NCBI GenBank assembly: GCA_963678255.2
Contig: CAXXTW010000002.1
Span: 1,119,605-1,151,604, forward strand
Reading direction: 5' to 3'
Source: Candidatus Cloacimonadales bacterium
GTDB lineage: Bacteria > Cloacimonadota > Cloacimonadia > Cloacimonadales > WRIO01
DNA: 32,000 bases
Shown here: positions 19,232 through 25,753 of the stretch, piece by piece
How positions within the stretch are numbered: position 1 is the stretch's first letter
Layout: every line of letters begins with the position of its first letter
The notes under the pieces: model-generated
Database searches by the model: none
What the model was told of the DNA's origin: nothing
Seen by the model: the letters and a program-made list of their open reading frames with translations, nothing else
Program-made: the position numbers and the translations under genes

Positions 19232-20233
19232 ATGAAGAAACATTATAAAAACATTCTATTTAGTGTATTGATCGGGACTATATTTTTATATCTGTGGAGT
19301 AAAATTATAGATGACAAAGCGTTTTTAAGTTACTTTAGCAACATTAGTATATCTATGGTTACTACTTCACTTATATTCTATTTTATGGGTTATGGGTTCC
19401 GAAGTTTTAGGTGGAAAATATTACTCTCAACAACCTATAATATCCCTTTTAAAACAATCTTTTCTTATGTTATGGCAGGGAATCTGATTAATTATCTTGT
19501 TCCCATTCGAGCTGGAGAAGTAGGTAAATGTGTCTTTTTAAAAAAGAATTATCAGATAGGATTTTCAAAATCATTTCCTTCAATTTTTATAGACAAACTT
19601 TTTGATACATTTGGTATCTTTATCATTTTAGCGATCTTACCCTTTATAAATATAGAAATTAATAAATATCTCGAAACATTGATCATTCTATTATTGGCAA
19701 CATTCATTCTTGGAGCTTTGATATTGGTTATGGCATCTTTTATGGAAGAAAAGGTCATCAAGTTTTTACAGAATTTATTTTATTTTTTTCCAAAGAAATA
19801 TAAAGAAAAGATTCATGACTTTATTGAGTTATTTGTTCAGGGTACAGGGATATTTAAAAATCATATAAACTTATTACCAATTAGCATTTTTCTTACCCTG
19901 ATAGCAATTTTAGCAGATAGTTTGTTTTTTTGGTTTATGTTTAAAGCTTTTTCACAGGACGTAAACTTTATCTATGTTGCTTTTGGATATACACTGATCA
20001 ATTTAAGTTTTATATTTCCACAACCCCCAGCTCAACTAGGGAGTAATGAATTAATAATGATTCTAATTTTTACTATTGGAATGGGTTTACAAAAGAATAT
20101 GGTTAGTGCTGTAACAGCCTTTTCACATATAATCACAGGCATTTTAATAGTAGTTATTGGGATGATCTGTTTGAGTTTTGCTGGTACTAAATTTTTTGAA
20201 ATAATAAAAAACGGAGACGATAATGACAAATAA
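19232..20233 (+). CDS. Polytopic membrane protein, LPG-synthase-TM / flippase-like (UPF0104) family
   Basis: About 8 hydrophobic segments. The FRSFRWKILL motif after TM2 is typical of the lysylphosphatidylglycerol-synthase transmembrane-region family. Confidence 0.6.
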   Translation: MKKHYKNILFSVLIGTIFLYLWSKIIDDKAFLSYFSNISISMVTTSLIFYFMGYGFRSFRWKILLSTTYNIPFKTIFSYVMAGNLINYLVPIRAGEVGKCVFLKKNYQIGFSKSFPSIFIDKLFDTFGIFIILAILPFINIEINKYLETLIILLLATFILGALILVMASFMEEKVIKFLQNLFYFFPKKYKEKIHDFIELFVQGTGIFKNHINLLPISIFLTLIAILADSLFFWFMFKAFSQDVNFIYVAFGYTLINLSFIFPQPPAQLGSNELIMILIFTIGMGLQKNMVSAVTAFSHIITGILIVVIGMICLSFAGTKFFEIIKNGDDNDK

Positions 20234-21221
20234 AGAACTAACTCAGGTTGCTTTACTTGAGCAGGTAAAAGATATTCGTAAAGATCTTTTAAATGAACTA
20301 CATAAAATAATAATTGGACAAGACAAAGTCATTGATCAAATCTTAATCGGATTATTTTCAAACGGTCATTGTTTAGTAGAGGGTGTTCCAGGTTTAGCAA
20401 AAACATTAATGATCTCAACTCTGTCCAAAATCTTCCAGTTAAAATATTCGAGAATTCAATTTACACCTGATTTAATGCCTTCAGATATAACAGGCACAGA
20501 GATCTTAGCTGAGAATAAGAGTGACGGGAATCGATATTTCCAATTTATCAAAGGACCAATCTTTGCTAACATAATTTTGGCAGATGAGATAAACCGTACT
20601 CCCCCAAAAACTCAGGCAGCATTACTTCAAGCCATGCAAGAGTTTCAAGTAACAACAGGGAATTCAACCTATCAGCTGGATTCACCTTTTTTAGTATTAG
20701 CAACCCAAAATCCGATAGAGCAGGAAGGAACCTATCCCCTACCAGAAGCTCAATTAGATAGATTTATGTTAAATATTATCATGGATTATCCATCATATGA
20801 AGAAGAAAAAGCGATAGTAAATTTAACAACAACTCATAAACAAGAAGAACCTAAACAAATAATTAGCAAAGAAATGATATTAAAGATACAGGAAGCACTT
20901 TATTCTGTTCCTGTGAGTGACCATATTTTAAATTCTGCCGTAAAATTAGTTAGAGCTACCAGACCAAAATCAAAGGAAGCTCCAGATTTTATAAATCGTT
21001 GGGTTACATGGGGTGCAGGTCCGAGGGCTTCGCAATATTTGATAATTGCTGCTAAAGCGAAAGCAATTCTGGAAGGACGATTGACACCATCAATAGAAGA
21101 TTTAGTACAAGTCTCGGAGATTGTACTCAGACATCGTGTGTTGATTTCTTATGCAGCAGAAGCAGAAGGATATCGGTCACCACAAATAATAGAAAAGTTA
21201 GTGAATGAGATTATTAAATAA
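20223..21221 (+). CDS. MoxR-family AAA+ ATPase
   Basis: IIGQDKVIDQILIGLFSNGHCLVEGVPGLAKT (Walker A), ILADEINR (Walker B), ATQNPIEQEGTYPLPEAQLDRF and GAGPRA. Overlaps the upstream gene by 11 nt. Confidence 0.9.
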   Translation: MTNKELTQVALLEQVKDIRKDLLNELHKIIIGQDKVIDQILIGLFSNGHCLVEGVPGLAKTLMISTLSKIFQLKYSRIQFTPDLMPSDITGTEILAENKSDGNRYFQFIKGPIFANIILADEINRTPPKTQAALLQAMQEFQVTTGNSTYQLDSPFLVLATQNPIEQEGTYPLPEAQLDRFMLNIIMDYPSYEEEKAIVNLTTTHKQEEPKQIISKEMILKIQEALYSVPVSDHILNSAVKLVRATRPKSKEAPDFINRWVTWGAGPRASQYLIIAAKAKAILEGRLTPSIEDLVQVSEIVLRHRVLISYAAEAEGYRSPQIIEKLVNEIIK

Positions 21222-21248
21222 AAAAAAGCCGCTAGAAGCGGCTTTTTA
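21222..21248. terminator. Bidirectional rho-independent terminator between convergent operons
   Basis: AAAAAAAGCCGC-taga-GCGGCTTTTT: a GC stem flanked by an A-run and a T-run. It lies between the moxR-like stop (21221) and the rubredoxin stop (21262). Confidence 0.85.
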
Positions 21249-21261
21249 AATCATATAAGAA

Positions 21262-21402
21262 TTAGTCCATTGGACTAAACATATCTTTACCTACACCACA
21301 AGCAGGACAAGTCCAATCTTCTGGCAAATCTTCAAAAGATATATTGTCATTTTCTACTGGATCATAGACCCAACCGCAAGCATCACATACGAATTTTTTC
21401 AT
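21262..21402 (-). CDS. Rubredoxin (46 aa; not in the ORF track)
   Basis: Reverse-strand translation is [46 protein letters not shown], with two CxxCG knuckles. GGAG RBS 7 nt upstream, 13 nt downstream of rubrerythrin. Confidence 0.9.
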   Translation of the reverse strand: MKKFVCDACGWVYDPVENDNISFEDLPEDWTCPACGVGKDMFSPMD

Positions 21403-21415
21403 AGTTTTCTCCTTT

Positions 21416-22009
21416 TTAATAATTTTCTACGAATACTTCAAAATATGATTTTGGATGTAAACAAGCAGGGCATTTTTCAGGTGCTTCAATATTTTCAGTG
21501 ATATATCCACAATTAATACATTTCCAAAATACTTTCCCGTCTTTTTTAAAGACTTTATGTTCTTCAACATTTTTTGCTAATTTACTGTATCTAGCTTCAT
21601 GTTTTTCTTCAACTTTCGCAATTAACCTGAAAGCTAAAGCGACGTCTTTAAAGCCTTCCTCTTCAGCTGTATTAGCAAAGGCAGGGTAAAGTTCTGTCCA
21701 TTCTTCTTTCTCTCCATTAGCGGCATAAGAAAGGTTTTTAAAGGTGTCTTCTGACAAAGCTACAGGGTAGCCAGCGTCATTCAAAATAATAACTTCTTCA
21801 TTCATTCCATGTTCAAGAAGTTTTTTATAAAAAATTTTAGCATGTTCTTTTTCATTATCAGCTGTTTCTAAAAAGATCTCAGAAATCTGTAAGAATCCTT
21901 GTTTTTTAGCAACGCTGGCATAATATGTATAACGCATTCTGGCTTGAGATTCACCAGCAAATGCTTTCATTAAATTTAAAGCAGTTTTACTATTTTTAAA
22001 ATCAGGCAT
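21416..22009 (-). CDS. rbr: Rubrerythrin
   Basis: Ferritin-like di-iron domain ([11 protein letters not shown]..., [16 protein letters not shown]) plus a C-terminal rubredoxin-like domain (WKCINCGY...CPACLHP). Confidence 0.92.
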   Translation of the reverse strand: MPDFKNSKTALNLMKAFAGESQARMRYTYYASVAKKQGFLQISEIFLETADNEKEHAKIFYKKLLEHGMNEEVIILNDAGYPVALSEDTFKNLSYAANGEKEEWTELYPAFANTAEEEGFKDVALAFRLIAKVEEKHEARYSKLAKNVEEHKVFKKDGKVFWKCINCGYITENIEAPEKCPACLHPKSYFEVFVENY

Positions 22010-22021
22010 TCTTCCTCCTTA

Positions 22022-22405
22022 TTAACTGATTTTCCACACCATGTGTATGTTACAAAATTCTCTAATTTCGATAACATCAGCTCTTCTAACAGGGAATTCT
22101 GCTCGAGGCTTCATTCCAGGTTTTAACTCTTTGCGGATAACCATATCCTCTGTAACAACTTCAATAAAAACAATATGATGTTCTTCAAGCATTGGATGAT
22201 CTACAGATCCAATATTAACAATAATGCTAGTATCGGTTTCTTCAACAATAACTGGTATGTGTTTATCAGTTGTTGCTTCTGTAGTATTAGGGACTATTAG
22301 TAACATTGGGTCTTCACAACAAACTAAAGCTTCTGCACCAGTAGATACAATTTCAACCATATTTTTGCAATGTGTGCAATAATATAAAGATCTTAACTCA
22401 GTCAT
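22022..22405 (-). CDS. dfx: Desulfoferrodoxin (2Fe superoxide reductase)
   Basis: N-terminal desulforedoxin-like centre I (YYCTHCKNMVEI...LVCCEDPM). SOR centre II ligands (KHIPVI, HPMLEEHHI, CNIHMVW). Confidence 0.9.
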   Translation of the reverse strand: MTELRSLYYCTHCKNMVEIVSTGAEALVCCEDPMLLIVPNTTEATTDKHIPVIVEETDTSIIVNIGSVDHPMLEEHHIVFIEVVTEDMVIRKELKPGMKPRAEFPVRRADVIEIREFCNIHMVWKIS

Positions 22406-22433
22406 TATTCCTCCTATTTAAGTGTTTTAAGAA

Positions 22434-22461
22434 ATTATAAGCAGATTTTAGATAAAGTCAA
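22434..22461 (-). promoter_or_regulatory. Near-consensus sigma70-type promoter for dfx-rbr-rubredoxin
   Basis: Reverse strand: TTGACT (complement of 22456-22461), 16-nt spacer, TATAAT (complement of 22434-22439), about 30 nt upstream of the dfx ATG. A 13-bp palindrome AAATAATTTATTT abuts the -35 element. Confidence 0.55.
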
Positions 22462-22514
22462 ATAAATTATTTAATATTTTTGACTATTTTTTTTGGAATT
22501 ATTAACTAAATATC

Positions 22515-23753
22515 TTAAAACCTTGTGAAACAAACAGGTTTTTGATTATAATAGAAAGCTTTATCTAACAGTAGTATTTTATCAGCTTGAGGTGTTTCTA
22601 ATAAACCATATTCAAATAAAGTTGATAAATCAATAGCATTCATAATCCAAGAAGAAAAAGAACGAATTGACATATTAAGTTCAATATCAAACTTTTTGGT
22701 TTTCACTTGTTTTGCAACTGAGTTTTTCCATTCAATAATAAATTCATTGTTTTTTTCTTGAGCGAAATCATCAGATAAAACAAACTTAATACGAGAATCC
22801 GATAAATCACAAGGTCTTTTTAAGAGTAACTGAACAGAGTTAAGACTTTTGTACATTATACCCATCCCTGTTTCAGAGACAAAATGAAAGGCAGGTTGTT
22901 GTAATAACTTGAGATCTTGGTTCCTAATGTCTTTCATTAGGTAATAGAAATTCTCTTCTTGATTGTAGAGATGAATATATCTGACTTGATCAGCCTGAGT
23001 ATTTAAAAAATTAAGAATAGCTTTTAAGCCTGTAGAGTTAAGATAAAAAAGAGTTGCATGCATATCGGTTTCTTCATGATTATTAGGATCGGTAGTAAAA
23101 TAGAAGTTTAAAAATCCAAGCAATCTATCATTTTCGCGGAAACCGATCAGAGTATTATTGGGAGCAGTAAACATTGCCTGAAAATCCTTTTCAGTTTTTG
23201 GAATCACTCCATGATTGTTCAAATAATGCTCATTAAAGAAATCTACTAGTTCATTTTTGTGTGATTGATTCAAATATTCGCATTTTAAATTGGTTTGAAA
23301 AGCAGGAAAGCTTTGAGGTGAGAATTTATAGTTATAACAGGTAGTTCCAAAGCCAAAACCCATTTTAGCATAAAAGTCAGGTCTGAAAGAATAGAGTAAA
23401 GCCATTACTTTTTTTTCTTTTTGAGCATTGAGAAGATACCATTCTAACATATCTTTACAAACTTTTTGTTTTTTATGAAGAAAGTCCACAGCGACAAAGC
23501 CAATTCCCTGGGCTTCAATTCTATTTCCATAGTAATTAATATCGAAATCATATAGAACCATACTACCTAAGAGTTGCTCATCTTCAAAAAGTCCGTACCA
23601 TCTTCTTAGAGGATTATCAAAGTCTTTTAGAATAGAAGTCTCAAATTCTTCGATTTTTTGCACATTATTTAGGCCAATTGAGGGATAAGCCATCCCTGCT
23701 AACCTAAGGGAATCCCTTAATAATTCTTTTTTTATTCTTTTTATTGATCTCAT
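22515..23753 (-). CDS. GNAT-family N-acetyltransferase, Eis-like (GNAT plus C-terminal SCP2-like domain architecture)
   Basis: Start placed at MRSIKRIKK (GGAGG RBS; complement of 23751-23753), not the longer ORF. GNAT core QGIGFVAVDFLHKKQKVCKDML...FYAKMGFG. The ~410 aa length matches Eis-type proteins. Confidence 0.6.
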   Translation of the reverse strand: MRSIKRIKKELLRDSLRLAGMAYPSIGLNNVQKIEEFETSILKDFDNPLRRWYGLFEDEQLLGSMVLYDFDINYYGNRIEAQGIGFVAVDFLHKKQKVCKDMLEWYLLNAQKEKKVMALLYSFRPDFYAKMGFGFGTTCYNYKFSPQSFPAFQTNLKCEYLNQSHKNELVDFFNEHYLNNHGVIPKTEKDFQAMFTAPNNTLIGFRENDRLLGFLNFYFTTDPNNHEETDMHATLFYLNSTGLKAILNFLNTQADQVRYIHLYNQEENFYYLMKDIRNQDLKLLQQPAFHFVSETGMGIMYKSLNSVQLLLKRPCDLSDSRIKFVLSDDFAQEKNNEFIIEWKNSVAKQVKTKKFDIELNMSIRSFSSWIMNAIDLSTLFEYGLLETPQADKILLLDKAFYYNQKPVCFTRF

Positions 23754-23820
23754 ATTTACCTCCATTATAAAGAGATGCATATCTTGTTCCAAAAAAAATA
23801 AAAAAGAAATTAATATTTTC

Positions 23821-23849
23821 TTGACATTAAAACGGGGCTCGGTGAATAT
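23821..23849 (+). promoter_or_regulatory. Possible promoter of the tRNA-fMet/Met unit
   Basis: TTGACA (23821-23826), 17-nt spacer, GAATAT (23844-23849), about 10 nt before the mature tRNA 5' end. Confidence 0.4.
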
Positions 23850-23859
23850 GACAATATAT

Positions 23860-23935
<76 letters not shown>

Positions 23936-23950
23936 TTAATAACAGAGCGT

Positions 23951-24027
23951 GGCGGTGTAGCTCAGTTGGTTAGAGCGTCGGAATCATAATCCGCAGGTCC
24001 GGGGTTCAAGTCCCTGCGCCGCTACCA
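23951..24027 (+). tRNA. tRNA with anticodon CAT (elongator Met, or Ile2 if lysidinylated), CCA encoded
   Basis: 7-bp acceptor stem (two G-U pairs), D arm GCTC-AGTTGGTTA-GAGC, anticodon loop ATCATAA and T arm CGGGG-TTCAAGT-CCCTG. Met versus Ile2 identity cannot be settled by eye. Confidence 0.85.
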
Positions 24028-24052
24028 ATAAAGAATATAGTGTGATAAAAAT

Positions 24053-24076
24053 GCAACCACTCGGTTGCTTTTTTTT
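24053..24076 (+). terminator. Rho-independent terminator inside the tRNA cluster
   Basis: GCAACC-actc-GGTTGC followed by TTTTTTTT. Confidence 0.7.
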
Positions 24077-24092
24077 AATGATGAGAGATGAT

Positions 24093-24169
24093 GCGCCAGT
24101 AGCTCAGCTGGATAGAGCAGCAGCCTTCTAAGCTGCGGGTCAGGGGTTCGAATCCCTTCTGGCGTACCA
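24093..24169 (+). tRNA. tRNA-Arg (anticodon TCT), CCA encoded
   Basis: Acceptor GCGCCAG/CTGGCGT, anticodon arm GCAGC-CTTCTAA-GCTGC and T arm CAGGGGTTCGAATCCCTT. Confidence 0.9.
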
Positions 24170-24193
24170 TTTTAAAATATAATCAGTTTTCAT

Positions 24194-24269
24194 GGTGGCT
24201 GTAGTTCAATGGCAGAGCACCGGATTGTGGTTCCGGGCGTTGTGGGTTCGACCCCCATCAGCCACCCCA
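24194..24269 (+). tRNA. tRNA-His (anticodon GTG) with encoded G-1, CCA encoded
   Basis: An extra 5' G (24194) pairs with discriminator C. Anticodon arm CCGGA-TTGTGGT-TCCGG. T arm GTGGG-TTCGACC-CCCAT. Confidence 0.9.
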
Positions 24270-24280
24270 CTAATTTTTAA

Positions 24281-24308
24281 GCGAATCGAAAGATTCGCGT
24301 TTTTTTTT
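24281..24308 (+). terminator. Rho-independent terminator after tRNA-His (last core feature before the island)
   Basis: GCGAATC-gaaa-GATTCGC followed by GTTTTTTTTT. Confidence 0.8.
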
Positions 24309-24322
24309 GCTTATATTTCAAA

Positions 24323-24372
24323 TGTAATGTGACAGGTAAAACTGCAAAAAGTGACAGGTGTAATGTGACAGG
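24323..24372 (+). repeat. Cluster of TGTAATGTGACAGG / GTGACAGG direct motifs
   Basis: TGTAATGTGACAGG occurs at 24323-24336 and 24359-24372, and GTGACAGG at 24351-24358. The same 12-mer is inverted at 24476-24487 and 29365-29376. Confidence 0.85.
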
Positions 24373-24504
24373 CTAAATTGCAATTTATCTTTTCAAAGTG
24401 GAATACCGATCTAACTATCTATTTATTTGTAAGTTATGCAGACTGTAAAACCGTTTTTTCATTTGCAGTTTGAGGTGTCACATTACAATTGATCAAAATT
24501 GCAT

Positions 24505-24534
24505 TTGCAATGATCAGGATTCTAAATTTAAATT
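24505..24534 (+). promoter_or_regulatory. Putative promoter of the leader RNA, copy 1
   Basis: TTGCAA (24505-24510), 18-nt spacer, TAAATT (24529-24534). The segment is conserved in copy 2 (29396-29425, -10 TAAATA). It lies just downstream of the inverted 12-mer. Confidence 0.35.
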
Positions 24535-24540
24535 GAAAAA

Positions 24541-24793
24541 AACCATTGTTTGTAAACTGGTATCAAATCACTCGTTGCGTAAACTTCCAGTTAGCACATT
24601 CCTGCAAGCTGGCAGCTCGCTGAACGAGTTTCTTTCTCACCATAGGGGCTGGACGAGAAAGAGACAAGAATTTCGAGTCCGAGCCGAACTCGCTTCAAAA
24701 GGGCTTAACACCTCGAATTTAAATTTTATAATATCATTAGCATTTTGAATTCATTACACCTCAAAAATCGGAGAAGATTTGAGGCAATTTTTT
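24541..24793 (+). ncRNA. Candidate structured RNA or cis-leader, copy 1 (5' end approximate)
   Basis: Hand-found stems: 24542-47/24556-61, 24570-76/24623-29, 24584-90/24609-15, perfect 8 bp 24631-38/24655-62, and long-range 24672-77/24712-17. An intrinsic terminator CCTCAAA-12 nt-TTTGAGG plus T6 lies at 24759-24793. G+C is about 50% by hand count over 24569-24715, in an AT-rich context. Confidence 0.55.
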
Positions 24794-24953
24794 CTTTATT
24801 AGTAATAATATATTGCTAGATGTGTCAAGAAGACATCGATATAAAGAAAAATGGTTTTCTTTTCTTGGCAATGAAGAGAAGAGTGGTTAAAGGGAAGCTT
24901 ATCTATTTTGGACAGTCTCTAACAATGTGGCAATTCATGTGTGTAACTTTATA

Positions 24954-24981
24954 TTGACATTTTTTTTATTTTTTATATAAA
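24954..24981 (+). promoter_or_regulatory. Putative promoter of the HTH-S24 repressor gene
   Basis: TTGACA (24954-24959), 16-nt spacer, TATAAA (24976-24981), about 45 nt upstream of the start. This segment is absent from module 2. Confidence 0.45.
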
Positions 24982-25025
24982 TTGTTTTAAGTGTTCACAG
25001 AATTGAATGAGTTAAAGGAGATATA

Positions 25026-25655
25026 TTGGTCTCATATATGGAAACTTTTAGATTTAATAAAGCACTACTAGCTCGGGATATAAATGTGACGCAAGGGAAT
25101 ATCTCTGATTGGGTTAATGATAAAAAACCAAGTAAACCCTCTGTTATGGCTCTTGCTAAGATCAGAGAGGTCTATAATGTGAATATTAACTGGTTATTAA
25201 CCGGAGAAGGTGTAATGTTCTCTCCAGATTCAGATGGCCGCTTTTATAACCTAGGTGAATCTAATAAAGAAGAACTGGAAGAGATAAGTGGAAACAAAGC
25301 GGTTTATCAATATAAGAGCTCAAGTCTTGAATCCAGAACAATCGCTCTTCCTCTTTTAGGATTAATATCGGCTGATACTCCTCTTGAAATTGTTAATCCG
25401 GATTCCTGGAAATATATAAAAATCCCGAAAGCCTTCTTATGGGATAAGTATGACAATTGCTTCGTATTCAAGGTTAATGGTCAATCAATGGAGCCTACCA
25501 TCTTTCATGGTGACATCGTGGTAATCCATAAAAGAGATGACTGGTTCAATCTTACAGGAAAAGTCATTACGATCAGAACTTCCGATGGCATCACTTTAAC
25601 GAAAGTTCAATACGATGAAAACGCAGACAAATTTTTCTCATGCCCTTTAATATAA
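25026..25655 (+). CDS. XRE-type HTH plus S24 (LexA/CI-like) peptidase repressor; 3' end apparently frameshifted
   Basis: HTH region ARDINVTQGNISDWVNDKK...NINWLLTGEG. S24 catalytic Ser in VNGQSMEP and Lys in GITLTKV. AGGAG lies 5 nt before TTG 25026 (alternative ATG at 25038). The last ~28 homologous codons continue in the +1 frame at 25657-25743. Confidence 0.75.
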   Translation: MVSYMETFRFNKALLARDINVTQGNISDWVNDKKPSKPSVMALAKIREVYNVNINWLLTGEGVMFSPDSDGRFYNLGESNKEELEEISGNKAVYQYKSSSLESRTIALPLLGLISADTPLEIVNPDSWKYIKIPKAFLWDKYDNCFVFKVNGQSMEPTIFHGDIVVIHKRDDWFNLTGKVITIRTSDGITLTKVQYDENADKFFSCPLI

Positions 25656-25656
25656 T

Positions 25657-25743
25657 TTCGATATTATTGTTTTGTCAGAAGTAGAACTGATAAATGTAAA
25701 CATAATCGGCGAACTGGCTATGCAGTTTAGATTGTTTAAGTAG
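25657..25743 (+). other. Out-of-frame C-terminal tail of the S24 repressor gene
   Basis: The +1 frame reads FDIIVLSEVELINVNIIGELAMQFRLFK*. This matches the in-frame tail of the module 2 copy (YRIIVLSEEELDSVNLIGEMVMQFRMYR*). Alignment implies a 2-nt deficit near 25650-25656. Confidence 0.7.
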
Positions 25744-25753
25744 GAGATAATTA

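Larger units (their letters stand above)
24463..24919 (+). repeat. Leader repeat, copy 1 (~457 bp noncoding module)
   Basis: Aligns by eye with 29352-29810. The central ~255 nt differ by about 10 substitutions with no indels. The flanks are more diverged, and weaker similarity extends upstream to about 24394 / 29284. Confidence 0.9.

Noticed and set aside
24470-24748. 92-aa ORF, and its 63-aa counterpart at 29448-29639, inside the leader repeats
   Set aside because: The start codon is not conserved: ATG in copy 2 is CTG in copy 1, whose ORF only opens from a distant TTG. There is no RBS. The region is packed with stems and ends in an intrinsic terminator. Of the six nucleotide differences inside the shared frame, four change the amino acid. 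A noncoding RNA or leader is favoured, though a small protein cannot be excluded without data.
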